This document shows, in pieces, positions 1-9,511 of a stretch of DNA of 64,000 bases. The notes under the pieces were generated by a model, which did no database searches, was not told the origin of the DNA, and saw only the letters and a list, made by a program, of their open reading frames with translations. A program made the translations under genes and the position numbers. How positions within the stretch are numbered: the first letter of the stretch is position 1; every line of letters starts with the position of its first letter. The stretch is from a virus (lineage: Duplodnaviria; Heunggongvirae; Uroviricota; Caudoviricetes), in IMG/VR virus record IMGVR_UViG_3300017792_000001, positions 200,697-264,696 of that record, one strand, 5' to 3'.

Positions 1-186
1 ACGCTATTGCCAACAAACCATGCAGTTGCCTTGCCCAGTACGAGAGCGAAATCAACTTCTATGAGGAGTGCCCGCTACTCGGTATTTGCTTCAAGCCGGG
101 ACTCGACAAGAAGCTCAAGGCGATGCTCAAAGAAACTCCATACACTGACGCGGCGCGTGACAATATCATCGCACGCCTCCCAATAG
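1..186 (+). CDS. 3' end of a hypothetical protein (partial)
   Basis: Open frame from the window edge to TAG at 184-186 (...AARDNIIARLQ*), followed by the GAGG RBS of the next gene. Confidence 0.6.
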   Translation, partial: TLLPTNHAVALPSTRAKSTSMRSARYSVFASSRDSTRSSRRCSKKLHTLTRRVTISSHASQ

Positions 187-196
187 AGGTTCAACC

Positions 197-1024
197 ATGA
201 CGAAGATCAGTTTCCCACTCAAGTCCGAAGCCAACGTCAATATGTACGGGGATGGCGGTCACGGCTCGGTGCCGCAACTCCTGCCTTCTGACGAAGAACT
301 GGCGAACATCGAGAAGCAGCGCCGCGCAGAGGAACTGGAGCTCGAAAAGAACAAGGTCAAGCAGAAGCCTGACAACAAGAAGACCAAGGACTCGGACGAA
401 GATGGCGGTGATGTCGGCGACGAAGATGAAGACGCTGATGACGATGCCGATTCCGAAGAAGACGACGGTGAAGACGGCGATGATGCCGGTGATGAATCGG
501 ACGATGACGAGGAAGAAGATGAAGATGACGAAGCTACGGCTAGCGCTACGGCTGGCTCACGCAAGATCCGTCGGGTCGCTATCGCAGCAGACGGTGGCTA
601 CAACAATGTGTTCAGTGGCTTCCCTGGCGTCGGCAAATCCACTGTCTTCCGAAAAGCTGACGGCCTCGTTGTCGCAGACAGTGACAGCAGCACCTTCGAC
701 AAGTCCGAGTTCCCTGACAACTACCTGATGCATATCCAGGAAACCCGTCCAAACGTTGACGTGCTGCTGGTGTCGAGTCACAACGTGGTGCGCGACGAAC
801 TGGAAGAACGCGGCATCCCGTTCCATCTGGTCTATCCGACTGTTGATCAGAAAGAAGACTACATGAAGCGCTACCGTGAGCGTGGCAGCCCGCAACCTTT
901 CCTCGATCTGATGGATCAGAACTGGGAGAAGTTTATCGGCGAATGCGCTCAGCAAGTTGGCTGCACGCACGTTGTTCTCAAGCCCGGTCAGTTCTTGGGT
1001 GACGTGATCCAAGACTACCTGTAA
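197..1024 (+). CDS. P-loop NTPase/kinase-like protein with N-terminal leader and acidic linker (putative head-associated)
   Basis: Walker A GFPGVGKS in the C-terminal half; N-terminal MTKISFPLKSEAN leader, D/E tract, EATASATAG motif; RBS GAGG. Confidence 0.7.
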   Translation: MTKISFPLKSEANVNMYGDGGHGSVPQLLPSDEELANIEKQRRAEELELEKNKVKQKPDNKKTKDSDEDGGDVGDEDEDADDDADSEEDDGEDGDDAGDESDDDEEEDEDDEATASATAGSRKIRRVAIAADGGYNNVFSGFPGVGKSTVFRKADGLVVADSDSSTFDKSEFPDNYLMHIQETRPNVDVLLVSSHNVVRDELEERGIPFHLVYPTVDQKEDYMKRYRERGSPQPFLDLMDQNWEKFIGECAQQVGCTHVVLKPGQFLGDVIQDYL

Positions 1025-1029
1025 TCGAC

Positions 1030-1059
1030 AAGCCCTCCACTGCGAGGGCTTTGTTCGTT
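1030..1059 (+). terminator. Intrinsic terminator-like hairpin
   Basis: aagccctc / gagggctt stem followed by tgttcgtt. Confidence 0.7.
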
Positions 1060-1069
1060 CGGAGGCAAC

Positions 1070-1345
1070 ATGACCAGTGAAGAACGGTTACGCGCAATTC
1101 TCGACCGATATCCGAACATCGAAGACGCTCTGCAATTCCGCCCAATGGAATCAGCACCGCTCGACCATAAGATCTGGATCATCGTCTGCACGACGCATGG
1201 TAATATAGAGCCAGCACATTACATGGCAGACGGCGACTTCAAAGATCGCTGGGGACGGGAGAACGTCCGCTTTCAATGTCTGGGCTGGCTACCATTCACC
1301 GCTGTAGCACCACAGCTTGACCATCGGTTACCTGGTCGAACGTGA
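1070..1345 (+). CDS. Hypothetical protein
   Basis: GGAGG RBS, 91 aa ORF. Confidence 0.65.
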   Translation: MTSEERLRAILDRYPNIEDALQFRPMESAPLDHKIWIIVCTTHGNIEPAHYMADGDFKDRWGRENVRFQCLGWLPFTAVAPQLDHRLPGRT

Positions 1346-1346
1346 T

Positions 1347-1354
1347 ACTGTAAA
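1347..1354 (+). promoter_or_regulatory. ACTGTAAA candidate phage (middle) promoter motif
   Basis: Recurs shortly upstream of several gene starts (1391, 17988, 19767, 21908, 26628, 40715). Confidence 0.5.
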
Positions 1355-1390
1355 CAGCATTCATACGAACACAACCAACGGAATACGAAC

Positions 1391-3436
1391 ATGGCGAAGA
1401 AGGCCAAGAAATCTCCGGTTGATGAAGCCGAGGTTGGCACAAAGAAACGCAAGAAGTCAGCGAGTCAAGACGGGTTCATTATTGCGGAAGGTTTGCAGGG
1501 TATCCGACTGAACCCAACCGTCTATCTCGGATCGCTCGGCCATGACATGGCATACCGCGTCGTCAAGGAAGAAGTTGACAACAGTTACGACGAAGCCGTT
1601 GCAGGTCGGAACAAGTTGATCGAGGTGATCCTCGACTATGACAATGACCGTCACATCGTGGCTGACGCCGCCGGCGGTATTCCGACCGACTACAAAAAGC
1701 TCGAAGATGGCAGCAAAGAAACGATCATGACCGCAGCGTTCACCCGAGCGCACGCCGGTGGCAAGTTCAACAACGAAGCGTACAAGACCTCGGCCGGTAC
1801 TCACGGTATCGGGGTCGCTGCCGTTAACGCTGTGTGTGAAGAACTCCGCGTCTGGTCCATGTACAACGGTCGGTGCGCTTTCCAATCGTTCGCGAAAGGC
1901 AAGATCACCACCGAAGGCAAAGACCCGATCAAGGTCAAAGCTGTGGACAAGGACGTGATGTCCCTGCTCACCATGAAGCAATCGAAGTACGGTACGATCA
2001 TCTGCGGCAAGCTCGACCAGACCATCGTGTCTGAGTCCGTGATGCGCGGGCAGAAGCTGCCGAAGGATTATGTTCACGCGATCCCACAAGCGAAGCCAAT
2101 CGCCAAGTGGTTGAAGAACATGGCGAACCTGAACCCTGGTCTGGAGATTCGTTTCTCCCTGATCAAGAAGGGCAAGCGCAAAGACTACGTGTTCATCAAC
2201 AAGAAGGACCTGTCGTGGGTTCCTCGCGCCATGTGCGAAGACCGCGAACTGGGTATGCTCGGCAAGCCACTTACTCACAAGTCGGAGCACATCAGCCTGA
2301 CCGTTGTGTGGGCAGAGCACCCGGACGCCGAGAACTTCCTGACGTTCGTGAACACCAGCCCGACTGTCGATGGCGGCTGGCACGTCAACGGCTTCGCGTC
2401 TGCCTTGATGTCTGCAATCAAGCCGTACCTGCCTGCCCCAAAGGGCAAGAAGAAAAGCACAGGCTTCTCGCAGAACGACCTGTTGATCGGCCTCACCGGC
2501 ATGTTCGACTATCGTATGCACGGTGCGCAGTACACGTCCCAGGTGAAAGACAAGCTCGCCAGCCGTGTTGACAAGTTGGTCTATGACGAACTGTTCCCCG
2601 TGATGGAGGAATACTTCAAGAACAACAAGAAGGTTGCAAACACGATCATCAAGCGCGCTCTGGTAATGACCAAAGGCCGTGAAGATCTGGCTGCAGTCGT
2701 CAAGTCCATGGCTGACGTGAAGAAGACCACGAAGGGTTCTGCCCTGCCATCGTCTCTGGCAGTCGCACCTAACTGCAAACCACATGAGCGCGAAATGTTC
2801 ATCGTGGAAGGTGACTCTGCGGCAGGTCCAGCAATCGACGCCCGTGACGCGACGTACCAAGAAGTGATGTGCGCGGGTGGTAAGCCGCTGAACAGCCTGA
2901 AAGCCACGTTGGCCAAAGTGCTGGGTCACGAAGAAGTCCAGAACATGCTGATTGGCCTTGGTGCTGACATCAAGACTCTGGATCCGAAGTCCGAGAACCC
3001 GATTCTCTCGACTGCGAACCTGCGTGTTGCGAACATCATCTTCCTCGTCGACCCGGACCCTGACGGTGGACACATCGCCGTACTGTTCCTCGCAGCGATC
3101 TACCGCTTGCTGCCAGATATGTTCAAAGAGGGTCGCGTCTGGTGTGTTCGTGCACCGCTGTATGCTGTGCTGCACCAAGGCGAACTCTACGGTGGCATGA
3201 CATTCAACGAGTGTCGCGCCAAAGCTCCGAAGGCTGTAAAAGACAAAGAGATTATTCGAATCAAAGGTTGGGGTGAAGTTGATGAAACGTACCTCGAACC
3301 AATCGCCTTCGATCCAGACAAGCGCAAACTGATTCGTCTCAACCCATTCGAGAACGCAGAACAGGCTGCCTGGTTCCGCGGCGTTGTTGCAGAAGATGCC
3401 GTGTACCGCCGTCGTTTGCTAGGGCTGGAGGACTAA
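1391..3436 (+). CDS. gyrB: Type IIA DNA topoisomerase subunit B (GyrB/ParE-like)
   Basis: GHKL motifs EEVDNSYDE, DAAGGIP, HAGGKF, GTHGIGVAAVNA; TOPRIM EGDSA, DPDPDGGHI; RIKGWGE. Confidence 0.95.
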   Translation: MAKKAKKSPVDEAEVGTKKRKKSASQDGFIIAEGLQGIRLNPTVYLGSLGHDMAYRVVKEEVDNSYDEAVAGRNKLIEVILDYDNDRHIVADAAGGIPTDYKKLEDGSKETIMTAAFTRAHAGGKFNNEAYKTSAGTHGIGVAAVNAVCEELRVWSMYNGRCAFQSFAKGKITTEGKDPIKVKAVDKDVMSLLTMKQSKYGTIICGKLDQTIVSESVMRGQKLPKDYVHAIPQAKPIAKWLKNMANLNPGLEIRFSLIKKGKRKDYVFINKKDLSWVPRAMCEDRELGMLGKPLTHKSEHISLTVVWAEHPDAENFLTFVNTSPTVDGGWHVNGFASALMSAIKPYLPAPKGKKKSTGFSQNDLLIGLTGMFDYRMHGAQYTSQVKDKLASRVDKLVYDELFPVMEEYFKNNKKVANTIIKRALVMTKGREDLAAVVKSMADVKKTTKGSALPSSLAVAPNCKPHEREMFIVEGDSAAGPAIDARDATYQEVMCAGGKPLNSLKATLAKVLGHEEVQNMLIGLGADIKTLDPKSENPILSTANLRVANIIFLVDPDPDGGHIAVLFLAAIYRLLPDMFKEGRVWCVRAPLYAVLHQGELYGGMTFNECRAKAPKAVKDKEIIRIKGWGEVDETYLEPIAFDPDKRKLIRLNPFENAEQAAWFRGVVAEDAVYRRRLLGLED

Positions 3437-5025
3437 TGGCCGCCAAGAAGAAGGTCAGCAAGAAAGCTGGCAAAGTGAAAGAAAAGAACCGCGACAGAAC
3501 GATTGCCAAGGACAGCAAGTCGCTGTACCCGATGCTCGGTCAGCGCGAAGACACAATCGAAGACATCGGCCTCCAGGAATACACCGAAGAATGTCTGCGC
3601 ATCTACGGCAGCTACGTCGTTGAAGACCGGGCAGTCCCTGACTTCCGTGACGGGTGCAAGCCTGTTCACCGTGCGCTGCTCTGGTCGTTGTCTGAACTGG
3701 GTCTGACCCCGGACAAGGGCTACAAGAAAGCGGCGCGTACTGTCGGTGACACCATCGGTAAGTTTCACCCTCACGGTGACGGTGCTGCTTATGGTGCGAT
3801 GGTCACGATTGCCAACACGATGCCGCCTGTGGTCGATGGTCAAGGTAACTGGGGCACGCCGATCAACCCGGCTGCTGCACAGCGATACACCGAAGCCAAG
3901 ATGTCGAAGTTTGCGCATCTGTTCATGCTCGACAGCAAGTACCTGTCGGTCGTGCCGAAGGTGCCGAACTTCTCTGGCGATGACGTGATCCCGCTGTACC
4001 TGCCAGCGCTGCTGCCGTACGTGTTGTTCAACGGTAACGTCCCGGCTCCGGCCTACGGCGTTCGTGCTGGTAACCCGAGCTTTAAGTTCACCGACGTTGC
4101 CAAGATCGTGATCGCCATGCTCAAGGGCAAAGCTGTCACTGCGAAGATGCTCGCGAAGCACATGGCGATTCACCACCCGTACGGTTGTGAGAACATCACC
4201 AGCGACGCCGAATATCTGAACATGATGGCAACCGGCAAAGGCAGCATTACCTATGCCCCGCTGATGGGTGTTGACTTCAAGACCCGCAAGATCAACATCC
4301 GGTCGTTCGTACCTGCCGGTCTGGCGAGTAAGGGCACCATCGACAAAACCCTGGCGAAGCTGAGCACGTTCAACGGTGTCAAGAAGGTGTTCTCGCAGCA
4401 AGGCAAGAAGACCAAAGGCTCCGGCCCGTACGGTGCGATCTTCGTTGTTGAAGTGGCTCGCAACGTCGGTGAAGATGCGTTCGCTGATCTGGTCGAGAAG
4501 GTCGAAGCACAGGTAACCAACAGCGTCGGCTATCGTCTCGGTATCACCATCCGTAAAGACGGCGAGCAGAACAAGTTCAAGTACCTGAGCTACGTCACGT
4601 TCTTCGAACAGTGGATCAAGTACCGCATTGCCCTTGAAATCAAACTGATCAAGTCCCTGATCGTCAAGGCTGAGCGCGACCTGCACGTCAACGAGGTGTA
4701 CCTGTTCGCTGTCGAGAACATGGACAAGATCCTCAAAGCCTTGCCGAAGGTGCTCACCAGCACTGACCCGGACAAGACGCTCGCGAAGATCCTGAGCATC
4801 CCGGTTGAAGACGCTGTGATCATCCTCGACCGGAAAGTTCGTCAGTTGGCTAAGATGGAAGCCGACGCACTGAAAGCCAAGATCAAGGACCTCAAGTCTG
4901 AAATCAAGACCCTGAACGCAGACCTGAAAGCTCCAGGTGAACGTGCAGCCCGTGACACGACTGAGCGCGTGAAGAAGTACCTGAAGAAACCTGACCTCAA
5001 CAAATCGGGGTTGACCTTCGAGTAA
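3436..5025 (+). CDS. gyrA: Type IIA DNA topoisomerase subunit A (GyrA/ParC-like, no C-terminal pinwheel)
   Basis: RAVPDFRDGCKPVHR, FHPHGD, DGQGNWG, catalytic AAAQRYT; only 529 aa; 1-nt overlap with the B subunit gene. Confidence 0.95.
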   Translation: MAAKKKVSKKAGKVKEKNRDRTIAKDSKSLYPMLGQREDTIEDIGLQEYTEECLRIYGSYVVEDRAVPDFRDGCKPVHRALLWSLSELGLTPDKGYKKAARTVGDTIGKFHPHGDGAAYGAMVTIANTMPPVVDGQGNWGTPINPAAAQRYTEAKMSKFAHLFMLDSKYLSVVPKVPNFSGDDVIPLYLPALLPYVLFNGNVPAPAYGVRAGNPSFKFTDVAKIVIAMLKGKAVTAKMLAKHMAIHHPYGCENITSDAEYLNMMATGKGSITYAPLMGVDFKTRKINIRSFVPAGLASKGTIDKTLAKLSTFNGVKKVFSQQGKKTKGSGPYGAIFVVEVARNVGEDAFADLVEKVEAQVTNSVGYRLGITIRKDGEQNKFKYLSYVTFFEQWIKYRIALEIKLIKSLIVKAERDLHVNEVYLFAVENMDKILKALPKVLTSTDPDKTLAKILSIPVEDAVIILDRKVRQLAKMEADALKAKIKDLKSEIKTLNADLKAPGERAARDTTERVKKYLKKPDLNKSGLTFE

Positions 5026-5030
5026 TCGCC

Positions 5031-5540
5031 ATGCCATTTGATCCGAACAAGGCTCAACCAATCAAGGTTGGGTCGCTGCGTCCTCCACCGCTGAGCTATC
5101 ACAGTGTCAGTGGGTTCACTTGGGTTCTGCGCGAATCTGGACAACCAGTGCGCGTGCATGAACTCGTTTCTGCTGCATCGCCCGACCACCGCTACCGTCT
5201 TCTCGGTCCAGAAGGTGTCGTCGAGGTACGAATTCAAATCGGCGGCTTTCAGGACAAGATGAATGTCACCGTGTTCTCCACGGCCGACGGTGAGACTGAC
5301 ATCAGTTTCGCCACGTCGATAACGCATCTGCGGCTCAACCGTGAAGCGCTTATGGATATGACCAAAGGCGTGTTCAATGGATTCCGCATGGTCAACGGTC
5401 AGCGTGAGTATGTTGCACTTCAGGCAACAGACATCATGCGCAACAAGTGCATCGAGCACTACGCCTACACAATCACGCCGTGCGCTCTCTTTCTGGGCGC
5501 AGGACGCAAGCCAATCTTTCTACCATTCGAGGTGAAGTGA
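5031..5540 (+). CDS. Hypothetical protein
   Basis: 169 aa ORF packed directly after gyrA. Confidence 0.65.
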   Translation: MPFDPNKAQPIKVGSLRPPPLSYHSVSGFTWVLRESGQPVRVHELVSAASPDHRYRLLGPEGVVEVRIQIGGFQDKMNVTVFSTADGETDISFATSITHLRLNREALMDMTKGVFNGFRMVNGQREYVALQATDIMRNKCIEHYAYTITPCALFLGAGRKPIFLPFEVK

Positions 5541-6061
5541 TGATCTACGTCCACCCTGACAACAATCCGAGTGCGCTCGAATACAACTCGGTGATGTACT
5601 GTTTCATGCGGAGTTGGAACTGCCCGGACATCGAGGGCTTCGACTTCAAGGGCGACACGTGGTTCGCTGTGCCTGCACTGCGCCGTGAAACCCAGCGTGA
5701 CGTGACGTTCACCATCATCAATAGCAAGATCGAAATGACTGCCATGATGATCGTCGCGGACAACGGCATGCTGCTGAAAGCCACGCGTGTGAATCTCCAG
5801 CAGAAGGTCGCGCAGCACCAGATCGAGCAAATCACCCAGCAGGCGTTCGACATCGGCAAGTGGGAGAAGCTGCACAGCAAGCCATTCCCCTACGAGAATA
5901 TGTTTGACGGCAAGCTGGTGCAGAAGCGCTATCAAGCCAAGAACGGCACGAACAGCGAGGCTTACTTCTCCATCGCGAGTGAGAACGCCCTGTTCACCGA
6001 AATCAAGAAGAAGGTTTCTCCGAAGCCTTGCAACTGCGGTAAGCCGCAATACGTGGGGTGA
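5540..6061 (+). CDS. Hypothetical protein
   Basis: ATG overlaps the previous stop (TGATG), GAGG RBS; ends with CNCGK. Confidence 0.65.
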   Translation: MIYVHPDNNPSALEYNSVMYCFMRSWNCPDIEGFDFKGDTWFAVPALRRETQRDVTFTIINSKIEMTAMMIVADNGMLLKATRVNLQQKVAQHQIEQITQQAFDIGKWEKLHSKPFPYENMFDGKLVQKRYQAKNGTNSEAYFSIASENALFTEIKKKVSPKPCNCGKPQYVG

Positions 6062-6064
6062 CCT

Positions 6065-6292
6065 ATGCCACACATGCTGCAACTTGAACACCACCTGCCT
6101 TTCGCAATCATGGGCGACGCAGAACTCAAGCGTCTTGACGAGTTGGTTGCAGCAGGTGAGGATTTCATTATCCAGGTATACAAACCCTCAGATGACATCG
6201 CACGCCAGCTCCCAGGGCAAGGCTACATCGCGTATGTCAAAGCAGCACCAAAGGAAACCGACGATGATCAAAGTATTCAAACGGTGGATTAA
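6065..6292 (+). CDS. Hypothetical protein
   Basis: 75 aa ORF in the operon. Confidence 0.55.
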   Translation: MPHMLQLEHHLPFAIMGDAELKRLDELVAAGEDFIIQVYKPSDDIARQLPGQGYIAYVKAAPKETDDDQSIQTVD

Positions 6293-6935
6293 CCACCACA
6301 CGAACCGCCAGATCGGCACTTACATGGATCGCTGGTACATTATTCCGCCTGCGTGGAATCTGCCGATCTGTGTGCGTCTGCAACACATCAAACGTGCTGA
6401 CGCCGAGCGCATTCCGCACAATCACCCGTACGCCTTCAAATCTGTCGTGCTCAAGGGCTGGTACGTCGAAGATCAGGTTCAGGACTTCACTGAGCTTGCT
6501 CCGGGCAGCGACCAGAAAGTATTCGACGTGCGTGCCATACACCACACGCCGTTCAAGGTGTTCCAGATTGCGCAAGAGAAGTATCACCGTCTGGTCAATA
6601 TGTCCGAAGGTGGTGTCTGGACTCTGATCTGGCATCCACGCAAAGCGAAGGAAAGCGCTTGGGGTTATCTCGACGAAGACGGCACGCACATCCCGCATGA
6701 TGAATACGTGCGCCCACCAGGATACGATCTGCCGTACAAAGCGAGCGCGTATCGTCGTGACGGTCCGAAGAACAACGATGGTCCTGGTCCCTACGGCCCT
6801 CGCGGTCCCGGCGGTCCAAAGGGTAGCGCGACCAACTCGTTTGACGTTGAGCTTCGTGGCAGCCTTGAGGTTGAAGTGATGAACGCCGCAATCTACAACC
6901 CCAAAGCCGTACAGAAGGGTGACTTGCCGAAATGA
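6264..6935 (+). CDS. Cupin-like protein
   Basis: PHNHPY..SVVLKGWYVE..YHRL..GVWTL two-motif cupin pattern; start moved to ATG 6264 after AAGGA. Confidence 0.65.
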   Translation: MIKVFKRWINHHTNRQIGTYMDRWYIIPPAWNLPICVRLQHIKRADAERIPHNHPYAFKSVVLKGWYVEDQVQDFTELAPGSDQKVFDVRAIHHTPFKVFQIAQEKYHRLVNMSEGGVWTLIWHPRKAKESAWGYLDEDGTHIPHDEYVRPPGYDLPYKASAYRRDGPKNNDGPGPYGPRGPGGPKGSATNSFDVELRGSLEVEVMNAAIYNPKAVQKGDLPK

Positions 6936-6995
6936 AAATGCCTGTGTATCAACTCGACTTCCGAATGCGATTATCCCGCATATCGGAGAAACATC

Positions 6996-7157
6996 ATGGC
7001 ACGTACAAAGAAAGGCAGCAAAGGTCCTGGGTATGAATACTGGAGTCGTCGCCCTTACAATGGGCACAACCCCGGCAAAGTAACCAAGCGCATCTGCCAT
7101 CAAATGGAACGAGCAATCGCGAAGCGCGACATCCAGAGCGAACTCGACCACCTGTGA
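6996..7157 (+). CDS. Small basic protein (53 aa, MARTKKGSKGPGYEYWSRRP...), not in the ORF track
   Basis: Translated by hand; GGAG RBS; followed by a terminator. Confidence 0.7.
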   Translation: MARTKKGSKGPGYEYWSRRPYNGHNPGKVTKRICHQMERAIAKRDIQSELDHL

Positions 7158-7161
7158 CACT

Positions 7162-7192
7162 GAGCCCGGCCATTGCGTCGGGCTTTGTCGTT
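7162..7192 (+). terminator. Intrinsic terminator-like hairpin
   Basis: agcccggc / gtcgggct stem followed by ttgtcgtt. Confidence 0.7.
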
Positions 7193-7241
7193 CTGAGCAC
7201 CGCACAGACAACCTGATCTATGAGCGTCACCGCTAAACGGC

Positions 7242-7326
7242 TTGTACTACTGATGACAGTCGTGATATAATGATCTAGCTGATCGAACAGCAGCGTGATC
7301 AATAGTGGTTACGCAAATAGGTTAGG
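7242..7326 (+). promoter_or_regulatory. Early sigma70-type promoter A with conserved downstream element
   Basis: TTGTAC-18-TATAAT with extended TG; downstream TAGTGGTT-N7-TAGGTTAGG. Confidence 0.8.
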
Positions 7327-7335
7327 AAAACGAAC

Positions 7336-8268
7336 ATGAGCAATTCAACTGCGAAGATCGCGGCGGTAGAAACCCTGTCAGATGCACTCATTGCCTTCGG
7401 CTACCAGAAGGACATCGAAGGCATGTGGGAGCGCAAGGCCAAAGCCACCGTGAAAGCGCATGAAATGGAATTTGGAATTCTCAACAAGGTCCTCGTTGCC
7501 GACGATCTGGTTTCAATCGAGGGTATGTCCCGGGTTTGTTTGTACAACCAGCTGAACAATAGCAGTCAGGTACGCTGGTTGATGCAGACTGATACGCCGA
7601 TGGCTGGCGTCAAGTTCCCTACAGACTACCGTGAGTTCGACGAGTGGAAGTTTGAAACGATCGGCAAGTTCTCGGACGTCATGTACGTTGGGCACAAACA
7701 AAACGAAGGCTGGATGTGTGTTGATATCCAAGACGAAATCGTGGTGGGCTTCACGACCGGTACGTTCAAGCAAATGTTTGAGCGGTTCTGCAACGCTTCG
7801 ATGGTGCAACTGGAGCTGAGCTTCCGCAACTGGATGTGCCAGAAGGGAACAGCCACCCTGAACGACTTGTACACCCAACAAGTTGATCGGCATAAGGCGT
7901 ATGTGAATGAGGAGCGTCGCAAACTGGAGCGTCGTCTCGCTGCCCGCACCAAGCTTGTTGTCGCAGGCTCCGTCCGCATTCACGACAGCATCGAAATGAT
8001 CGCTGAGGCCTGCACCGAAAACCCGCAGAATGTTGCACTGGGTGAGGGCGTCAACTACTACCTCGTGTACATGATCGACCACACGGCTAATCATGCCCAT
8101 GAGGAGAATGCAAACTCGCTCAACGCCAAGAACTGGGAGAACTTCTGCATCGGCCACACCAAGCAGAAGCGCACCAATGAAATCGCCTGGGCGTATCGTA
8201 CTGTAAACAAACACAAAGTGCCGTATGCAATCTGGAACCCGAGCGCAATGCTCTGGGAACTGCTCTAA
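7336..8268 (+). CDS. Hypothetical early protein
   Basis: 310 aa ORF directly after promoter A. Confidence 0.75.
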   Translation: MSNSTAKIAAVETLSDALIAFGYQKDIEGMWERKAKATVKAHEMEFGILNKVLVADDLVSIEGMSRVCLYNQLNNSSQVRWLMQTDTPMAGVKFPTDYREFDEWKFETIGKFSDVMYVGHKQNEGWMCVDIQDEIVVGFTTGTFKQMFERFCNASMVQLELSFRNWMCQKGTATLNDLYTQQVDRHKAYVNEERRKLERRLAARTKLVVAGSVRIHDSIEMIAEACTENPQNVALGEGVNYYLVYMIDHTANHAHEENANSLNAKNWENFCIGHTKQKRTNEIAWAYRTVNKHKVPYAIWNPSAMLWELL

Positions 8269-8316
8269 CTCAAACACGGGGTGGGCGCACAAGCGCCTGC
8301 CTCTCTGGGGATACAA

Positions 8317-9186
8317 ATGACCCGCAAGAAGATCACCCACCCGCCGCGAAATGAAAAGTTGCTGCTGGACCAAATCGCAGCGTGCAAGACACCCGTGCAG
8401 GTCATGAAGCTGTTCGGGTACGGCGTTGAACATCTGCGTGACGATGTTGACTGGGGTTTCAACCCGGTGCAGTCGCCGTGGACGTTCGTGAGCCGTGATT
8501 GGGAAATGCGCTTCGACACCTGCCTCGATGCGACAAACAAACGCCTGCCAGTGTTTCACTGCATCAGCGTGGTCGAGTCGTCGAACAGTGGCTCGATGTT
8601 CACCCTGTTCAAGGCGACCAGCAATCTGCCCAACTTCAACTTCCCGGTGGACAAGAAGTATGCCGCCTCCTGGATCGTTGCAGAGTTTAGCCGGGCAGAC
8701 GGGCGCTTCCAGAACTCGATGATCATCGGCACGTTTGCTGAGGCTCTCAAGGCATTCGTGAAGATCGACCGCAAGAAGATGTCCGCAAGCTACGCTGAGT
8801 TGGTGACTGGCCTTGACCCGAGCAACCTGGGCAAACTGCGCACCAGCCTGCAAGATGCAATGCTGGACGAGATTGACGAGGCTGAGCAACAACACGCAAT
8901 GGTGATCGCGAGCATTCGCAACCGCCACCGCAACCAGCTCAACTACTTCACGGCATTGTTTGACGAGGCTCAGGCAGCAATTGATGCCAAGCAGAAAGCC
9001 CAGTACGCTTTCGAGTTGAACGGCTACCCGCCGAGCAAGATGTACACCACGTACAAGGAAGCACGTCGCTCCCACAGTCGTCGCAACACGCCGAACGTGG
9101 ACTGCGTGATCTACCGCTACGTGAAGAAACAACCCCAAAAGTTTGCGCGGTGGTCTGTCGATGACCGCGTGTGGATTATCCTCTGA
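8317..9186 (+). CDS. Hypothetical early protein, C-terminus paralogous to 7336..8268
   Basis: Shared YRxVxK..[YF]AxW.....W..L terminus; ATG 8317 preferred over GTG 8281. Confidence 0.7.
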   Translation: MTRKKITHPPRNEKLLLDQIAACKTPVQVMKLFGYGVEHLRDDVDWGFNPVQSPWTFVSRDWEMRFDTCLDATNKRLPVFHCISVVESSNSGSMFTLFKATSNLPNFNFPVDKKYAASWIVAEFSRADGRFQNSMIIGTFAEALKAFVKIDRKKMSASYAELVTGLDPSNLGKLRTSLQDAMLDEIDEAEQQHAMVIASIRNRHRNQLNYFTALFDEAQAAIDAKQKAQYAFELNGYPPSKMYTTYKEARRSHSRRNTPNVDCVIYRYVKKQPQKFARWSVDDRVWIIL

Positions 9187-9194
9187 GCACGAAC

Positions 9195-9509
9195 ATGACC
9201 AGCAAGAAAGAAGTATCGAACGACGAACAAGATTGGGGTGACTGCAACACAACCAGTATCGACGATCAGGCGACAACGCTTGGTGAGCAAAAGTTTTGCT
9301 GCCACCGCATGTTCTTCCTGGCGTACCTGATGATCACCCTGATAGTTTTTGGTTACATCACGCAACGCACCGAACATCTGAGCGGCGACGCTCTGTCTGC
9401 ATACTGGACTGGCGGCCTGCTGTGCTACGTCGCTGTCATGGCTTGCGGTATGTTACTCCACGCACTTGCAATCTTCGACCTAACCGTCAATCATTATACC
9501 AAGGACTGA
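9195..9509 (+). CDS. Membrane protein (2 predicted TM segments)
   Basis: Two hydrophobic stretches; ACGAACATG start. Confidence 0.65.
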   Translation: MTSKKEVSNDEQDWGDCNTTSIDDQATTLGEQKFCCHRMFFLAYLMITLIVFGYITQRTEHLSGDALSAYWTGGLLCYVAVMACGMLLHALAIFDLTVNHYTKD

Positions 9510-9511
9510 AC

